Source: Anaerolineales bacterium
GTDB lineage: Bacteria; Chloroflexota; Anaerolineae; Anaerolineales; Villigracilaceae
Direction of reading: 5' to 3'
NCBI GenBank assembly: GCA_035463495.1
Contig: DATHTH010000137.1
Location: 418 to 64,417, forward strand
Length of the DNA stretch: 64,000 nucleotides
Made by a program: the position numbers and the translations under genes. The notes below the pieces were generated by a model that had not been told where the DNA came from, did no database searches, and saw only the letters and a program-made list of their open reading frames with translations. Shown piece by piece: positions 27,601 through 36,521 of this stretch. Each line of letters begins with the position of its first letter. Position 1 is the stretch's first letter.

Positions 27601-30160
27601 CGAAACCTTTGCTCGCTACCTGCGCTGGCATCACGTCACGATCCGCCTGCAACATGAGTCAAGTGACGACCTGGAGCTGGTGGCATTCAACCTGCCGAAC
27701 CTGAGCGAAGAAGAACGATCTCACGCAGAGAAACACTTCGTCACGCTGATCAATAAAGTGGGACAGGGATTGAGCGGCTGGGTCATGCAAACCGGTAACG
27801 CCCTGCGCACCGGGAATGTCCACGCTCACCCGCAATACGTCAACATGCATAGTGGAATCCAGTCGGGCTTGTATATGCCCCTCAAGGCAGGCGAGCGCGT
27901 AATCGGGGTGATAAGCGTCGAAAGCGAAGAACCCGATGCATTTACCGCGCAGGATGAACGTCTGCTGGCTACACTCGCCAGCCAGGCAGCCATCGCCTTC
28001 GAAAACGCGCGCTTGTACGAAGCCATTCAGAAGGAGCTCGCCGAGCGCAAGCGGGCAGAGGATGACCTGCGCGCCAGCGAGGCGCACTACCGGGAGCTGG
28101 CAGACAGCATCACTGATATCCTCTTCGAGATGGATCATGAAATGCGGTACACGCACTGGAATAAGGCATCCGAGGTGCTCATGGGAGCACCAGCCAGTGA
28201 TGTCATCGGAAAATCGATGCGGGAGATCTTCGGAGAGTCAGATGAGCAAACCAGGATTGGGAAAATCTACGAGAGCGTGCTGAAAGATCGCCAGCCCAAG
28301 ACGTTCGAGACAACCCTGCCGGCGAGTGGAGCGCTGCGCTCTTTTGAGGTCAACGCCTATCCGTCGCGCCGCGGCGTATCGGTCGTTGCCAAAGACGTCA
28401 CCGACCGCAAGCGCGCGGAAATCATCATGCAGAAGCGCTTTGAGCTGATGGAGTACTCCGCTCACCACACTCTACATGAATTGATCCAGCGCACCGTGGA
28501 TGAGGTCAGCGAGCTAACCGGCAGCAGCATAGGCTTCCTCCATTTTGTGGAACCCGACCAAATTCATCTGGGGATGCAGGTCTGGTCTACGAATGCGCTG
28601 CGTGTCTTCAATGTGCCCATCAGCGAGGGCGCTCACCATCCGCTTGACAGGGCTGGGTTGTGGGCTGAGGCGGTCCGTCAGAGACGGCCCTTGATCCAGA
28701 ACGATTACGCATCCTTGACTCCGATCACGGGCTTGCCGTCAGGGCATGAGCCGATCGTCCGCGAAATCGTCATTCCAATCATTCGCAGCGAAAAGCTGGT
28801 GGCTGTGCTTGGCATCGCCAACAAGCTCCAGGACTACACCCAGCATGATCTGGAAATGGCTGCCCGCCTGGCAGACTACGCCTGGGATATCACCGAGCGC
28901 AAACAGATGGAAATCGCTCTGGAAACGGAACGTAATCAGCTGGTGCAGCGCGTGGAAGAACGTACGGCTGACCTCAGCCGGGCAAACTCCAACCTGGCGC
29001 GGGCGCTGCGCGTCAAGGATGAATTCCTTGCCAACATGAGTCACGAGCTGCGCACGCCGCTCAATGCCATCCTGGGTCTGTCGGAAAGCCTGGCAGAACA
29101 GATTGCCGGACCGCTGAATGAAAAACAACAAAAATACATCACCACCATCGGCGAGAGCGGTCATCATCTCCTGGCTCTCATCAACGATATTCTGGACCTT
29201 GCCAAGATCGAAGCCGGCCAGATCACGCTGGATATCAACAAGGTCGATATCCACTCGGTCTGCCAGTCCAGCCTGCGCATGATCAAACAACTGGCGCAGA
29301 AAAAGAATCAGGAGGTGTCGTTGACTATCCAGGAAGGGCTGGGTTTGATGTGGGCAGATGAGCGCCGTCTCAAACAAATGATGGTCAACCTGCTGGGCAA
29401 TGCCGTCAAATTTACCCCCGAAAACGGAAAGCTTGGTTTGGAGGTTCACGGGGATGAGGAGGCAAACAAGGTTACCATAACCGTTTGGGATACCGGCATC
29501 GGCATCAAGGCAGAGGATCTGGAGCGTCTGTTCCAGCCTTTTGTGCAGCTGGACTCTGGTCTGGCACGGGAAACCACGGGAACGGGTCTGGGCTTGGCGC
29601 TGGTCGCGCAGATGGCGCGCCTGCACGGAGGCAGCGTCACTGCCTTTAGTGAGCCTGGAGTCGGGAGTCGCTTCTCGGTTGTGCTTCCGTGGGAGCCCGC
29701 CCTGGCTATCGATGCTGCCACTCGTCTGAAAATTACCGGCAAGTTCCGCGCCATCCAGCCTGATGCAGGCCGCCAGCCAACCATCTTGCTGGTCGAAGAC
29801 ACTAAAGAAGTCATTATGATGATCCAGGACTACCTCGAGCTGGCAGGATACAAGGTGTTCACCGCTCAGGATGGGGTCGATGCCATTGTCCAGGCAAAGC
29901 TTATGCACCCCGACCTGATTCTGATGGATGTACAAATGCCCCGTATGGATGGCATGGAAGCCACACGCAAATTGAGAGACGAGCCCGAGTTCAAGGATAC
30001 ACCGATCATCGCCCTGACCGCCCTTGCTATGCCCAATGACCGCGAACGCTGTCTTGCTGCGGGCATGGATGAGTACATCAGCAAACCTGTTAATTTGAGG
30101 GCACTCGTCAAGCTTATTCAAACCTGTTTGTTAAGCGCCCGGGAACCGAACCATTCATGA
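21689..30160 (+). CDS. Giant cytoplasmic hybrid histidine kinase: REC-(PAS x11, GAF x5)-HisKA-HATPase-REC
   Basis: 2823 aa with no TM; H-box FLANMSHELRTPL; NLLGNAVKF, DTGIGI and GTGLGL motifs; C-terminal LLVED..LMDVQMP..SKP. Confidence 0.95.
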   Translation: MKNPTRILIAEHLEADANLAKHMIRKVLKHCEFQVVESRREFLTAVKTLQPHIVLADNDLPHLNGMQALKLARKHAPLAPFIVWTRSVDEELAAACVRAGAGHCLLKANGQELEPIVRQAIKERQLLLERDRAEERYRAIFENSPEGIFQSSPEGRYLNVNPAMATIYGYTSPRDMLESVTDIASQIYIDPGERAHLIEMLAKHGTVENYEQKNRRKDGSLIWTDTTMRAVRDEHGDLLYIEGFVRDITARKKMEEQLRQGEARYRTLVEQLPVITYISQLDQYMGVSYISPQIETLGFDSEQWLADPELWFRQIHPEDKERVASALEQFRAGGEEFRTEYRLVLPNGETRWFDDRSVYVRDQSGQPIFKQGFMVDITERKQAEAVLQRSESRFRALIENGLDDISLLAADGTLLWESPSTVRNLGYQPNEYVGRNIFEMMHPHDLRWTSELYTELIREPGSRKQGTFRLRRVDGAWRWMEAIVTNMLNQPGIEAIIVNYRDVTERKQAEEALRQSQARYQSLVETSHDLIWSIDLDGNFTFLNHAATEILGYEPEKLLGRSFLELIDSEHHGPPDLQQYRAVLESPEEFQADETYVRHSDGRQIVLSTKYAVIRDAERNIIGISGTSHDITARKQAEDALKAERNLLRTLIDNLPDRIYAMDTLGRKILSNTADWQAAGGKSMQDVIGKTDFDAYPPELAGQFWELDQAVIKAGNPVINHEEPGLDAEGNLVSILTTKIPLRDEKGQINGLVGIGRDITERKLAEARINELLEFNAKILNHSPLGILTYKLTGECIFANENAAAILGASVEQLQEQNFHSIEAWKKSGLYDLVMRAIDTSLPVTADIQQKTFDKEVWLTVHCVTFYSGGESHLLLTLADITDQKLTEARLRQSESRYRLAIRATNDVIWEWDPKSNRLSWSQNAPIVFGYETDEIAPYATWWDERLHPDDCRRVVDKLSNLVAGDASIWSDEYRFLRKDGSYAYISDRGYVERDADGRALRMIGAMSDITERKQADVERQALFEIMQGLAQTNDLGELLKLIHQSIARVVYAENFFVVLQQPRSGLFEEIYSVDQYDLPEPPSRLEKSITSYVFHSGEPLLLTQARFEELVAQGEVQLVGTNSKSWLGVPLKTSGTTIGVMVVQDYEREQRYSARDRDFLASIAAQVALVIQRKQAEETLREQEEQYRAIFEGVQDAILVEATDGRILMVNEQACEMYGYSRDAFLARTVLDLVPPGYTILSAEGNAPTLSVRPFETVNRRATGELFPIEISGRLLTINGETIQLAVIRDLTERNRAEAAEREQRALAEALRDTAEMLSSTLEYGVVLDYILEAVGRVVPHDAATIMLLDGGIAHVVRLQGYEKQGFHDEIRGIRLPVAETTNLRQMHETRQPVVVTDTHTYPGWKRLESTEWLRSSVGAPISIYGEVIGFICLDAQTPAFFTPIHAERLEAFANQAALAIHNARLLQQAQVEIAERRQAEEGLRASEERFRQLADNIQEAFWITDAETNAEIYMSPAVEKIWGRPVDYLLHEPNAFLDSVFPEDKSILLEAIQKEKNGERIEIEYRIIRPDGSLRWVWDRAFPIFDESGKVIRIAGISADITERRESEMALVQSQSRYRELFDSSPISLWEEDFSEVKRRIDLLRTNGVADIDQYLSSHPELLIELASLVRVTDVNQAALELYQVSRKEILLKSLPEILSNSAQSHFQEELRGLTSPARRFVWEGTDPTLDGRQMAIMVTGSVPQGYEEDWSKVLVSISDITTRKRAEEEVRRRAEETAALLETSLALTDLDLNTILRTISNSAKALFAADGCRVFLMEPDGQTLRCVLALQEDFAAFSDLRIKIGEGVTGAVAASGRAEIVNQMQADPRAVQVAGTPYEEEAIMFAPLKERDRTIGVLSIRRRGQSRHFEPADLELLEALAAMAASAVSNARLFEETQRRLAELEALYENGLAVGRLLEPRQIGERIIETFARYLRWHHVTIRLQHESSDDLELVAFNLPNLSEEERSHAEKHFVTLINKVGQGLSGWVMQTGNALRTGNVHAHPQYVNMHSGIQSGLYMPLKAGERVIGVISVESEEPDAFTAQDERLLATLASQAAIAFENARLYEAIQKELAERKRAEDDLRASEAHYRELADSITDILFEMDHEMRYTHWNKASEVLMGAPASDVIGKSMREIFGESDEQTRIGKIYESVLKDRQPKTFETTLPASGALRSFEVNAYPSRRGVSVVAKDVTDRKRAEIIMQKRFELMEYSAHHTLHELIQRTVDEVSELTGSSIGFLHFVEPDQIHLGMQVWSTNALRVFNVPISEGAHHPLDRAGLWAEAVRQRRPLIQNDYASLTPITGLPSGHEPIVREIVIPIIRSEKLVAVLGIANKLQDYTQHDLEMAARLADYAWDITERKQMEIALETERNQLVQRVEERTADLSRANSNLARALRVKDEFLANMSHELRTPLNAILGLSESLAEQIAGPLNEKQQKYITTIGESGHHLLALINDILDLAKIEAGQITLDINKVDIHSVCQSSLRMIKQLAQKKNQEVSLTIQEGLGLMWADERRLKQMMVNLLGNAVKFTPENGKLGLEVHGDEEANKVTITVWDTGIGIKAEDLERLFQPFVQLDSGLARETTGTGLGLALVAQMARLHGGSVTAFSEPGVGSRFSVVLPWEPALAIDAATRLKITGKFRAIQPDAGRQPTILLVEDTKEVIMMIQDYLELAGYKVFTAQDGVDAIVQAKLMHPDLILMDVQMPRMDGMEATRKLRDEPEFKDTPIIALTALAMPNDRERCLAAGMDEYISKPVNLRALVKLIQTCLLSAREPNHS

Positions 30161-31206
30161 GCACAGTCCTGATCATCGACGACGAACCGACAGCCCGCGA
30201 GACAGTCGTCTCGATGCTGGAGGGAGAAGGCTATGACATCCAGCTGGCGAAGGATGGGATAGAAGCCCTCCAGATGCTGGAGCAGATTCAGCCGGATGTG
30301 ATCCTGCTCGATATCATGCTGCCCGGAATGGATGGTTTTCAGGTCTGCCGCCAGATCCGCGCAACAGTGCCGCTGGCAGAGGTGCCCATCCTTATGCTCA
30401 CCGCCCTGGATGACCGCGATTCGCTGCTGAGAGCGCTCGAGGCGGGCGCGGACGATTTCTTGAGCAAGCCCGTGGACCGCCGGGAGCTGATCGCGCGCGT
30501 TCGTACCATCACCCGCCTGAACCGCTACCGCACGTTGATGGAGCAGCGTGAGAACATTCGTCAAATGGCGGAACGTGTGGTCGCCGCCCAGGAGGAGGAA
30601 CGTCAGCGCATCTCGCGTGAGCTGCACGATGACCTGGGCCAGGCATTGACCACTCACCTGCTGTCGCTGCGCAACCTGCAGGAGGATCTATCCATCCCAG
30701 TCGAGGAAATGTTCGCCCAGCTCCAGGCACTCTATAATCAATCCTACGAAGTCCTTGTGAAGATTCGCAGGCTGGCCCGCGATCTGCGCCCGCCTGTGCT
30801 CGATGCCCTTGGCTTGAAGGTAGCCATGCAGACCTACTGCACGGAGTTCACCCGCCGCACCCACCTTCCAGTCATCTTCGAAGCCGAGACGTCGCTTCCA
30901 GAACTGTCGGATGCCTATAACATTACCCTCTACCGCACACTGCAGGAGGCGCTGACAAACGTTGTCAAACATGCCCGGGCAGGTCAGGTCTGGGTGGAGC
31001 TGAGTCAGGAGGATGATACAGTCAACCTGACCGTTCAGGATAACGGTATCGGTATGGACGAAGAAGCTTCAAGATCCAATGGGATTGGCTTGGCGGGTCT
31101 TCGTGAACGAATTACTGTCGCCGGCGGCACGCTCCAGATCAGCTCTGCGCCGGGCCGCGGCACCATTTTATCGGCGCAGTTCCCATTCTTGGAGAGCAGA
31201 CACTAG
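30157..31206 (+). CDS. REC-HisKA_3-HATPase kinase (no sensor domain)
   Basis: IIDD..LLDIMLP receiver; ERQRISRELHDDLGQ H-box; QEALTNVVKH, DNGIG and GLAGL motifs. Confidence 0.93.
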   Translation: MSTVLIIDDEPTARETVVSMLEGEGYDIQLAKDGIEALQMLEQIQPDVILLDIMLPGMDGFQVCRQIRATVPLAEVPILMLTALDDRDSLLRALEAGADDFLSKPVDRRELIARVRTITRLNRYRTLMEQRENIRQMAERVVAAQEEERQRISRELHDDLGQALTTHLLSLRNLQEDLSIPVEEMFAQLQALYNQSYEVLVKIRRLARDLRPPVLDALGLKVAMQTYCTEFTRRTHLPVIFEAETSLPELSDAYNITLYRTLQEALTNVVKHARAGQVWVELSQEDDTVNLTVQDNGIGMDEEASRSNGIGLAGLRERITVAGGTLQISSAPGRGTILSAQFPFLESRH

Positions 31207-31295
31207 CGGGCAGGCTATAACCTGTACACATCACATGCGAGTGAAGCTGGTAACGAGAGGAATAAACCCTTAACGTCTATGGCACAAGAGGTAAC

Positions 31296-31949
31296 ATGAT
31301 ACGAGTACTGATTGCGGAGGATCACCTGATGGTGCGCGCCGGCATCCGCGCCCTGCTCGAAAAGGCTGGCGACATCCACGTGATGGGCGAGGCGTCCAAC
31401 GGGCAGGAAGCCATCGAGATGGCTGAGCAGCTCAAGCCGGACGTGCTCATCATGGACATCATGATGCCGCGCATGAACGGTATCCAGGCGGCGGAGAATC
31501 TCCGTGAGCTTCGGCTTCCCACTCACATCCTCCTGCTCTCGATGTACTCGGATGAGGGCTTCGTGCACCAGGCTTTACAGTGTGGAGTAAAGGGTTATGT
31601 GCTGAAATCGTCGGTCAGCGATGAACTGATCTGGGCAGTGCGCGCCGTTGCGAGCGGCAAAACCTATCTCAGCAGCCCCATCTCGGAGATCGTGGTGGAA
31701 AGCGCCATCCACCCGCATTCGAGCCTGCAGGACGGCGATCCGCTCTCCAACCTGTCGCCGCGCGAAAAGGAGATCCTGCAGCTGATCGCGGAGGAATACA
31801 CGAGCGCTGAAATCGGCAAGATGTTGTTCATCAGTGAAAAGACAGTCGAAAAGCACCGCGCCAAGCTAATGGAGAAGCTGAACGTGCGGAACCTGGCCGG
31901 ACTCGTGCGCCTGGCAGTGAAGTACCATCTGGTGGACAAAGATGCATGA
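31296..31949 (+). CDS. NarL/FixJ family response regulator
   Basis: IAEDH..IMDIMMP receiver; LSPREKEIL..ISEKTVEKHR LuxR HTH. Confidence 0.95.
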   Translation: MIRVLIAEDHLMVRAGIRALLEKAGDIHVMGEASNGQEAIEMAEQLKPDVLIMDIMMPRMNGIQAAENLRELRLPTHILLLSMYSDEGFVHQALQCGVKGYVLKSSVSDELIWAVRAVASGKTYLSSPISEIVVESAIHPHSSLQDGDPLSNLSPREKEILQLIAEEYTSAEIGKMLFISEKTVEKHRAKLMEKLNVRNLAGLVRLAVKYHLVDKDA

Positions 31950-32069
31950 CTGAATGTCGCAGAAGATCTGCAAAACAAGGCTGGCAGTGACAGCCGCCAG
32001 GAAGCTGCCGCTATCCTGCCACTGGAGGACAAAATGATGAACTTATCCGATTTTTACAAGGAGAACAAC

Positions 32070-33071
32070 ATGAGCAGTCTTATTCTAATTGTGGATGACG
32101 AATATGCAGGCCGCGAGACTCTTCAATCTGTACTGGAAGGAGAAGGATACGAGCTCGAAATGGCAGAGAACGGCATGCAGGCCCTCGAAAAGGCGAAAAA
32201 ATTACTTCCCGATGTGATCCTGCTGGACGTCATGATGCCGGGAATGACAGGCTTCGAAGTCTGTGAGCGCATCCGCAACGACCCGCAGATCGCGGAAATC
32301 CCGATTATTGTGCTGACAGCCCTGGACGACCGCGAGTCCCTGTTGACGGCTCTCAAAGCCGGCGCGGACGACTTTATCTCGAAACCGTTCGACCGCTATG
32401 AGTTACGCGCCCGTCTGCTGGGCATTACGCGGCTCAACCGTTACCAGAAGCTGCTGCAGGAACGCGCCAAGCTCCAGGAGGCAAACACTCATCTGCTCGA
32501 AGCGTACGAGGCAACTATCGAAGGCTGGTCACATGCCATGGATCTGCGCGACCGTGAAACAGAGGGTCATAGCCGGCGGGTGGCAGAGCTTACCGTCCAG
32601 CTGGCTCAAAATCTCCGAATGAGCGATGAAGATATCATGCACCTGCGCCGCGGCGCGCTCCTTCACGATATGGGCAAGATCGGTATTCCCGATACCATCC
32701 TGCATAAACCCGATACATTAACAGGCGAAGAGTGGGCGACCATGCGCAATCACCCGCAGCTTGCGTATGACATGCTTTATCGTGTGGAATATTTGCGGCC
32801 GGCTCTCGATATCCCTTACTGTCACCATGAGAGGTGGGACGGAACCGGGTATCCGCGGGGGCTCAAAGGGCAGGAAATTCCCATGGCTGCCCGCCTGTTC
32901 GCGATTGTGGATGTTTGGGATGCGCTAACGTCCGACCGCCCCTATCGCCCGGCCTGGTCGGAAGCCGAAACCCTGGACTATATCCGGGAACAATCCGGCA
33001 AGCATTTCGACCCCCAGGTGGTAGAACTATTTTTCCGCGTCTTTCACAAATCCCCTTCTGCTACCCGCTAA
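32070..33071 (+). CDS. REC-HD-GYP cyclic di-nucleotide phosphodiesterase (RpfG-like)
   Basis: LLHDMGKIG and HHERWDGTGYP motifs; AGGAG RBS before ATG 32070. Confidence 0.93.
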   Translation: MSSLILIVDDEYAGRETLQSVLEGEGYELEMAENGMQALEKAKKLLPDVILLDVMMPGMTGFEVCERIRNDPQIAEIPIIVLTALDDRESLLTALKAGADDFISKPFDRYELRARLLGITRLNRYQKLLQERAKLQEANTHLLEAYEATIEGWSHAMDLRDRETEGHSRRVAELTVQLAQNLRMSDEDIMHLRRGALLHDMGKIGIPDTILHKPDTLTGEEWATMRNHPQLAYDMLYRVEYLRPALDIPYCHHERWDGTGYPRGLKGQEIPMAARLFAIVDVWDALTSDRPYRPAWSEAETLDYIREQSGKHFDPQVVELFFRVFHKSPSATR

Positions 33072-33101
33072 CTTGCACGAGGCATTCAACGTATAAATTA
33101 C

Positions 33102-33130
33102 TTGCGTTTTGACACAAAAAACTGTATATT
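33102..33130 (+). promoter_or_regulatory. Putative sigma70 promoter TTGCGT-N17-TATATT
   Basis: AT-rich gap upstream of the binding-protein gene, canonical spacing. Confidence 0.45.
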
Positions 33131-33282
33131 CCACTGAGTTTTCCGTATTTCAAAACTTATAAATATTGCAAAGTATCAAAGTCCGGGCGAAAAGGTTCAA
33201 AGAAGTGAAAGATTCTTTTATGCGGTATCGCGTGATTTCGGTATTTAACAATTTTTCCACAGCTTAATGGCAGGCTGCGTGC

Positions 33283-34269
33283 ATGATCAAAACACGTTTT
33301 GACCGCCCGGGTTTTGTTCTCCTCATCCTGAGTCTACTCCTGCCAGCCTGCACTCCTGCTGTCGCCCCCACTCCGGATCTCATCCCGATTACCGTTCAGT
33401 TGCGATGGACACACCAGTCGCAATTTGCCGGATTCTATGCCGCGGACCTGAACGGAGACTACGCCGCCGAGGGACTGGATGTGACGTTCCTGGAGGGAGG
33501 TCCTGATGTGGATATCCACGCCTCGGTGCTTGGGGGCCAGGCCCAGTTTGGCGTGGCGGGCGCAGATACATTGATCCTGAAACGGGCTGAGGATGTCCCC
33601 GTCCGCGCGATTGCCACAATTTACCAGCGTAATCCACTGGTATTTATAAGCCTGGCAGACTCGGGCATCACGCGCCCGCAGGATTTTGTAGGCAAGACGG
33701 TCCTGGTGGCTCCTTTTAATGTAGCAATCCTGCATGCCATGACCAATCGCGTCGGCATTACACCTGACCAATATACTGAGGTCTGCTGCAACTACGATGA
33801 GTTCTATGCCGGCACATATGAGATTGCCAACGCTTACTTGACGAACGAAGTCATCTCCGCGCAAAGACAGGGACATGAGATCAACATTATTTATCCGGAT
33901 GACTATAGCGTACATTTTTATGCCGACACGCTGTACGTCACCGATGATCTGGCCGAGCAAAACCCGGATGTGGTGCAACGATTCTTGCGGGCTACGCTCA
34001 AAGGCTGGACCTATGTAGTTGAAAATCCCGAGACTACGGGCGAGTTCGTCCGGCAGTATGCCCCGAACGCCAATGCTGAGCTTGAGGTCGCCAAAATGAT
34101 CGCCAGCATCCCACTGGTGAATACAGGGCAAGATTTTATTGGCTGGATGACGCCTGACGTCTGGGGCAACATGGAACGGACGCTGCGCGAGCAGGGGGTA
34201 CTCACCGCTCCTCTGGATCCAGAAGAGGTGTACACCATAGAGTTTCTCAGGGAGATTTACAGCCAGTGA
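33283..34269 (+). CDS. NMT1/THI5-like (SsuA-family) substrate-binding lipoprotein
   Basis: Lipobox LLPAC; LRWTHQSQFAGFY, GLDV....GG and YADTLYV patterns. Confidence 0.88.
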   Translation: MIKTRFDRPGFVLLILSLLLPACTPAVAPTPDLIPITVQLRWTHQSQFAGFYAADLNGDYAAEGLDVTFLEGGPDVDIHASVLGGQAQFGVAGADTLILKRAEDVPVRAIATIYQRNPLVFISLADSGITRPQDFVGKTVLVAPFNVAILHAMTNRVGITPDQYTEVCCNYDEFYAGTYEIANAYLTNEVISAQRQGHEINIIYPDDYSVHFYADTLYVTDDLAEQNPDVVQRFLRATLKGWTYVVENPETTGEFVRQYAPNANAELEVAKMIASIPLVNTGQDFIGWMTPDVWGNMERTLREQGVLTAPLDPEEVYTIEFLREIYSQ

Positions 34270-36509
34270 AGCTTACCACGCGGCTGACCCTTGTCTTTAT
34301 TTTGTATGCTCTGGCTCTGCTCTCAGGGGTCGGCTTGCTTGCCTATGACAGCGGTCGCGATTCCCTGCGGGAAGCCACTATTTCTGAGCTACAGGCAACG
34401 GCCCTCGAAAAAGAGGCAGCCTTGACGAGCTGGGCTGAAGAGAAGCAGATCGATATTGCAACCATGGCAGCCAACCCGACAAATCTAAGAGCAGCATCCC
34501 TTCTCTTGAACGCAGCTCCTCATTCAGAGGAAGCCAGGGAGGCGCGGGAAACGCTCATCGCAAATATCCTGCCACGCGTCAATAATGGTGAGTTCGTGGA
34601 TGTAAATATGCTCCATCCGGAGACGGGACAGGTACTGGCGTCCACCAATCCCGCTGAAGAGGGCAAATTCAGAGAGAATCGTCTTTACTTCCTGAACGGA
34701 AAGACAGGGCCCTTTATTCAGGACATGTACTACTCTCTTGCGCTCCAGTCACTCGCGATGACCGCCTCTGCTCCCCTGCGTGCAGCAAATGGAGAATTAT
34801 TGGGCGTGCTGACGGCGCACCTTGATCTTGAAGAGATGAATGAGATTCTCAAGAGACGCACGGCACAGCACCAGACCGACGATGCCTATCTCGTCAACAC
34901 TTCAAGCCTTTTTGTGACTCAGCCGCGCTTCATCCTAGACCCGGCAGTGCTCCAGCTGGGTGTACATACCGAGGACGTGAGGCGCTGCCTGCAGCGCCAA
35001 AGCGGCACCGTCGAAACGCGGGATTATCGAGATGTCCCGGTCATTGCGGTCTATCAGTGGCTCCCGGAGCGGGATTTGTGCCTGGTAGCAAAGCTGGATC
35101 AGACCGAGGCATACGGCCCGGCGCGTGCTTTTGGAGGGACGATCGCCCTGACGAGTACCGTTGCTTTGCTGGCAGCCGCCATGCTGGCAATCGGCTTATC
35201 GCGGACGGTCACCGAGCCCATTCTTGCCCTACGAGCTGGGGCTGCGCGCTTCGGTCAAGGCAACCTGGATACACGGCTTCCCGAAACTTCCAGGGATGAG
35301 CTCGGAGATCTGGCACGCGAGTTCAACAGGATGGCGGAGGCTCTAGCAGAACAGCAGACTCATCTTCGTCGCCGTGCAGAGCAGTTCTTCAACATCACCC
35401 TCGACCTGCTCTGCACCGTTAGCCTGGATGGTCATCTGATCGATCTTAACCCGGCCTGGGAGCAAACACTCGGTTATGACCGCCAGATGCTAAAGAATCG
35501 TCCGCTTACGGAGCTCGTTTACCCGGATGACATCGCCTCGACGGCTTCAGCCCTGAGGCGCGTGGCTGACGGCATGGCGTCTATCCGTTTTGAGGCACGC
35601 TTTCGTGATCGGGACGGGAGTTATCACTGGCTTGCATGGGCAGTTGTGATTTCACCGCAAGATGAATTGTTATACGGAGCGGCGCGCGACGTAACCCAGC
35701 GCCGCCTGGCTGAGGAGCAATTGCAGCAACAAGCAGATGAGCTGGAACGCTCGAACCGTGAGCTTGAGCAGTTCGCCTACGTTGCTTCCCATGACTTGCA
35801 AGAGCCTTTGCGGATCGTCTCCAGCTATGTGCAGCTCCTTGCGCGGCGTTACAAAGGCAAACTCGACCAGGATGCAGACGAGTTTATCAACTACGCCGTC
35901 GAAGGAGCAAACCGTATGAAGACACTTATCAACGATCTGCTCGCCTACTCACGGGTGGGTACCCGCGGCAAAGAGCTGGTACCAGTGGAAATGGAGGAAG
36001 TTTTTGAGCGGGTGTCACGTAACCTGAAGATTGCCCTGCAGGAGAGCGGCGCGGCCCTGACCCATGACGCGCTGCCGGTCGTGCTCGCAGATGATTTGCA
36101 GATGACCCAGCTTCTCCAGAATTTGCTCGGCAACGCGATCAAATTTCGCGGCGCCCGGCCGCCACGCGTCCACTTCGGGGTTCGGCGTCAGGAAGAACAC
36201 TGGCTGTTCTTCGTACGCGACAACGGTATCGGCATCGACCCCCAGTACCGTGAGCGTATCTTTGTCATTTTTCAGCGGTTACACAACCGGAGTGAATACC
36301 CGGGCACCGGAATCGGACTGGCGATCTGCCGCAAGATTGTGGAACGACATGGCGGGCAGATCTGGGTTGAATCCGTGGCCGGGGAGGGGGCAACATTCTA
36401 CTTCACGCTCCAACCAGCAGAGCACCTGCCGCCGGAGACGCCTCAGCCAGAGACCACCACACCACGGACCAGGGATACTATTGCCGACCGTGCCACAGAT
36501 TTGATTTAA
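34266..36509 (+). CDS. Sensor histidine kinase: TM-extracellular (Cache-like)-TM-HAMP-PAS-HisKA-HATPase
   Basis: GTG start overlaps the SBP stop; HAMP RDELGDLAREFNRM; H-box FAYVASHDLQEPL. Confidence 0.92.
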   Translation: MKLTTRLTLVFILYALALLSGVGLLAYDSGRDSLREATISELQATALEKEAALTSWAEEKQIDIATMAANPTNLRAASLLLNAAPHSEEAREARETLIANILPRVNNGEFVDVNMLHPETGQVLASTNPAEEGKFRENRLYFLNGKTGPFIQDMYYSLALQSLAMTASAPLRAANGELLGVLTAHLDLEEMNEILKRRTAQHQTDDAYLVNTSSLFVTQPRFILDPAVLQLGVHTEDVRRCLQRQSGTVETRDYRDVPVIAVYQWLPERDLCLVAKLDQTEAYGPARAFGGTIALTSTVALLAAAMLAIGLSRTVTEPILALRAGAARFGQGNLDTRLPETSRDELGDLAREFNRMAEALAEQQTHLRRRAEQFFNITLDLLCTVSLDGHLIDLNPAWEQTLGYDRQMLKNRPLTELVYPDDIASTASALRRVADGMASIRFEARFRDRDGSYHWLAWAVVISPQDELLYGAARDVTQRRLAEEQLQQQADELERSNRELEQFAYVASHDLQEPLRIVSSYVQLLARRYKGKLDQDADEFINYAVEGANRMKTLINDLLAYSRVGTRGKELVPVEMEEVFERVSRNLKIALQESGAALTHDALPVVLADDLQMTQLLQNLLGNAIKFRGARPPRVHFGVRRQEEHWLFFVRDNGIGIDPQYRERIFVIFQRLHNRSEYPGTGIGLAICRKIVERHGGQIWVESVAGEGATFYFTLQPAEHLPPETPQPETTTPRTRDTIADRATDLI

Positions 36510-36521
36510 CAAGGAGAATGA

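Noticed and set aside
33072-33282. TPP or c-di-GMP riboswitch upstream of the NMT1-like gene
   Set aside because: The conserved cores were not recognisable by eye. An Infernal/Rfam search would settle this.
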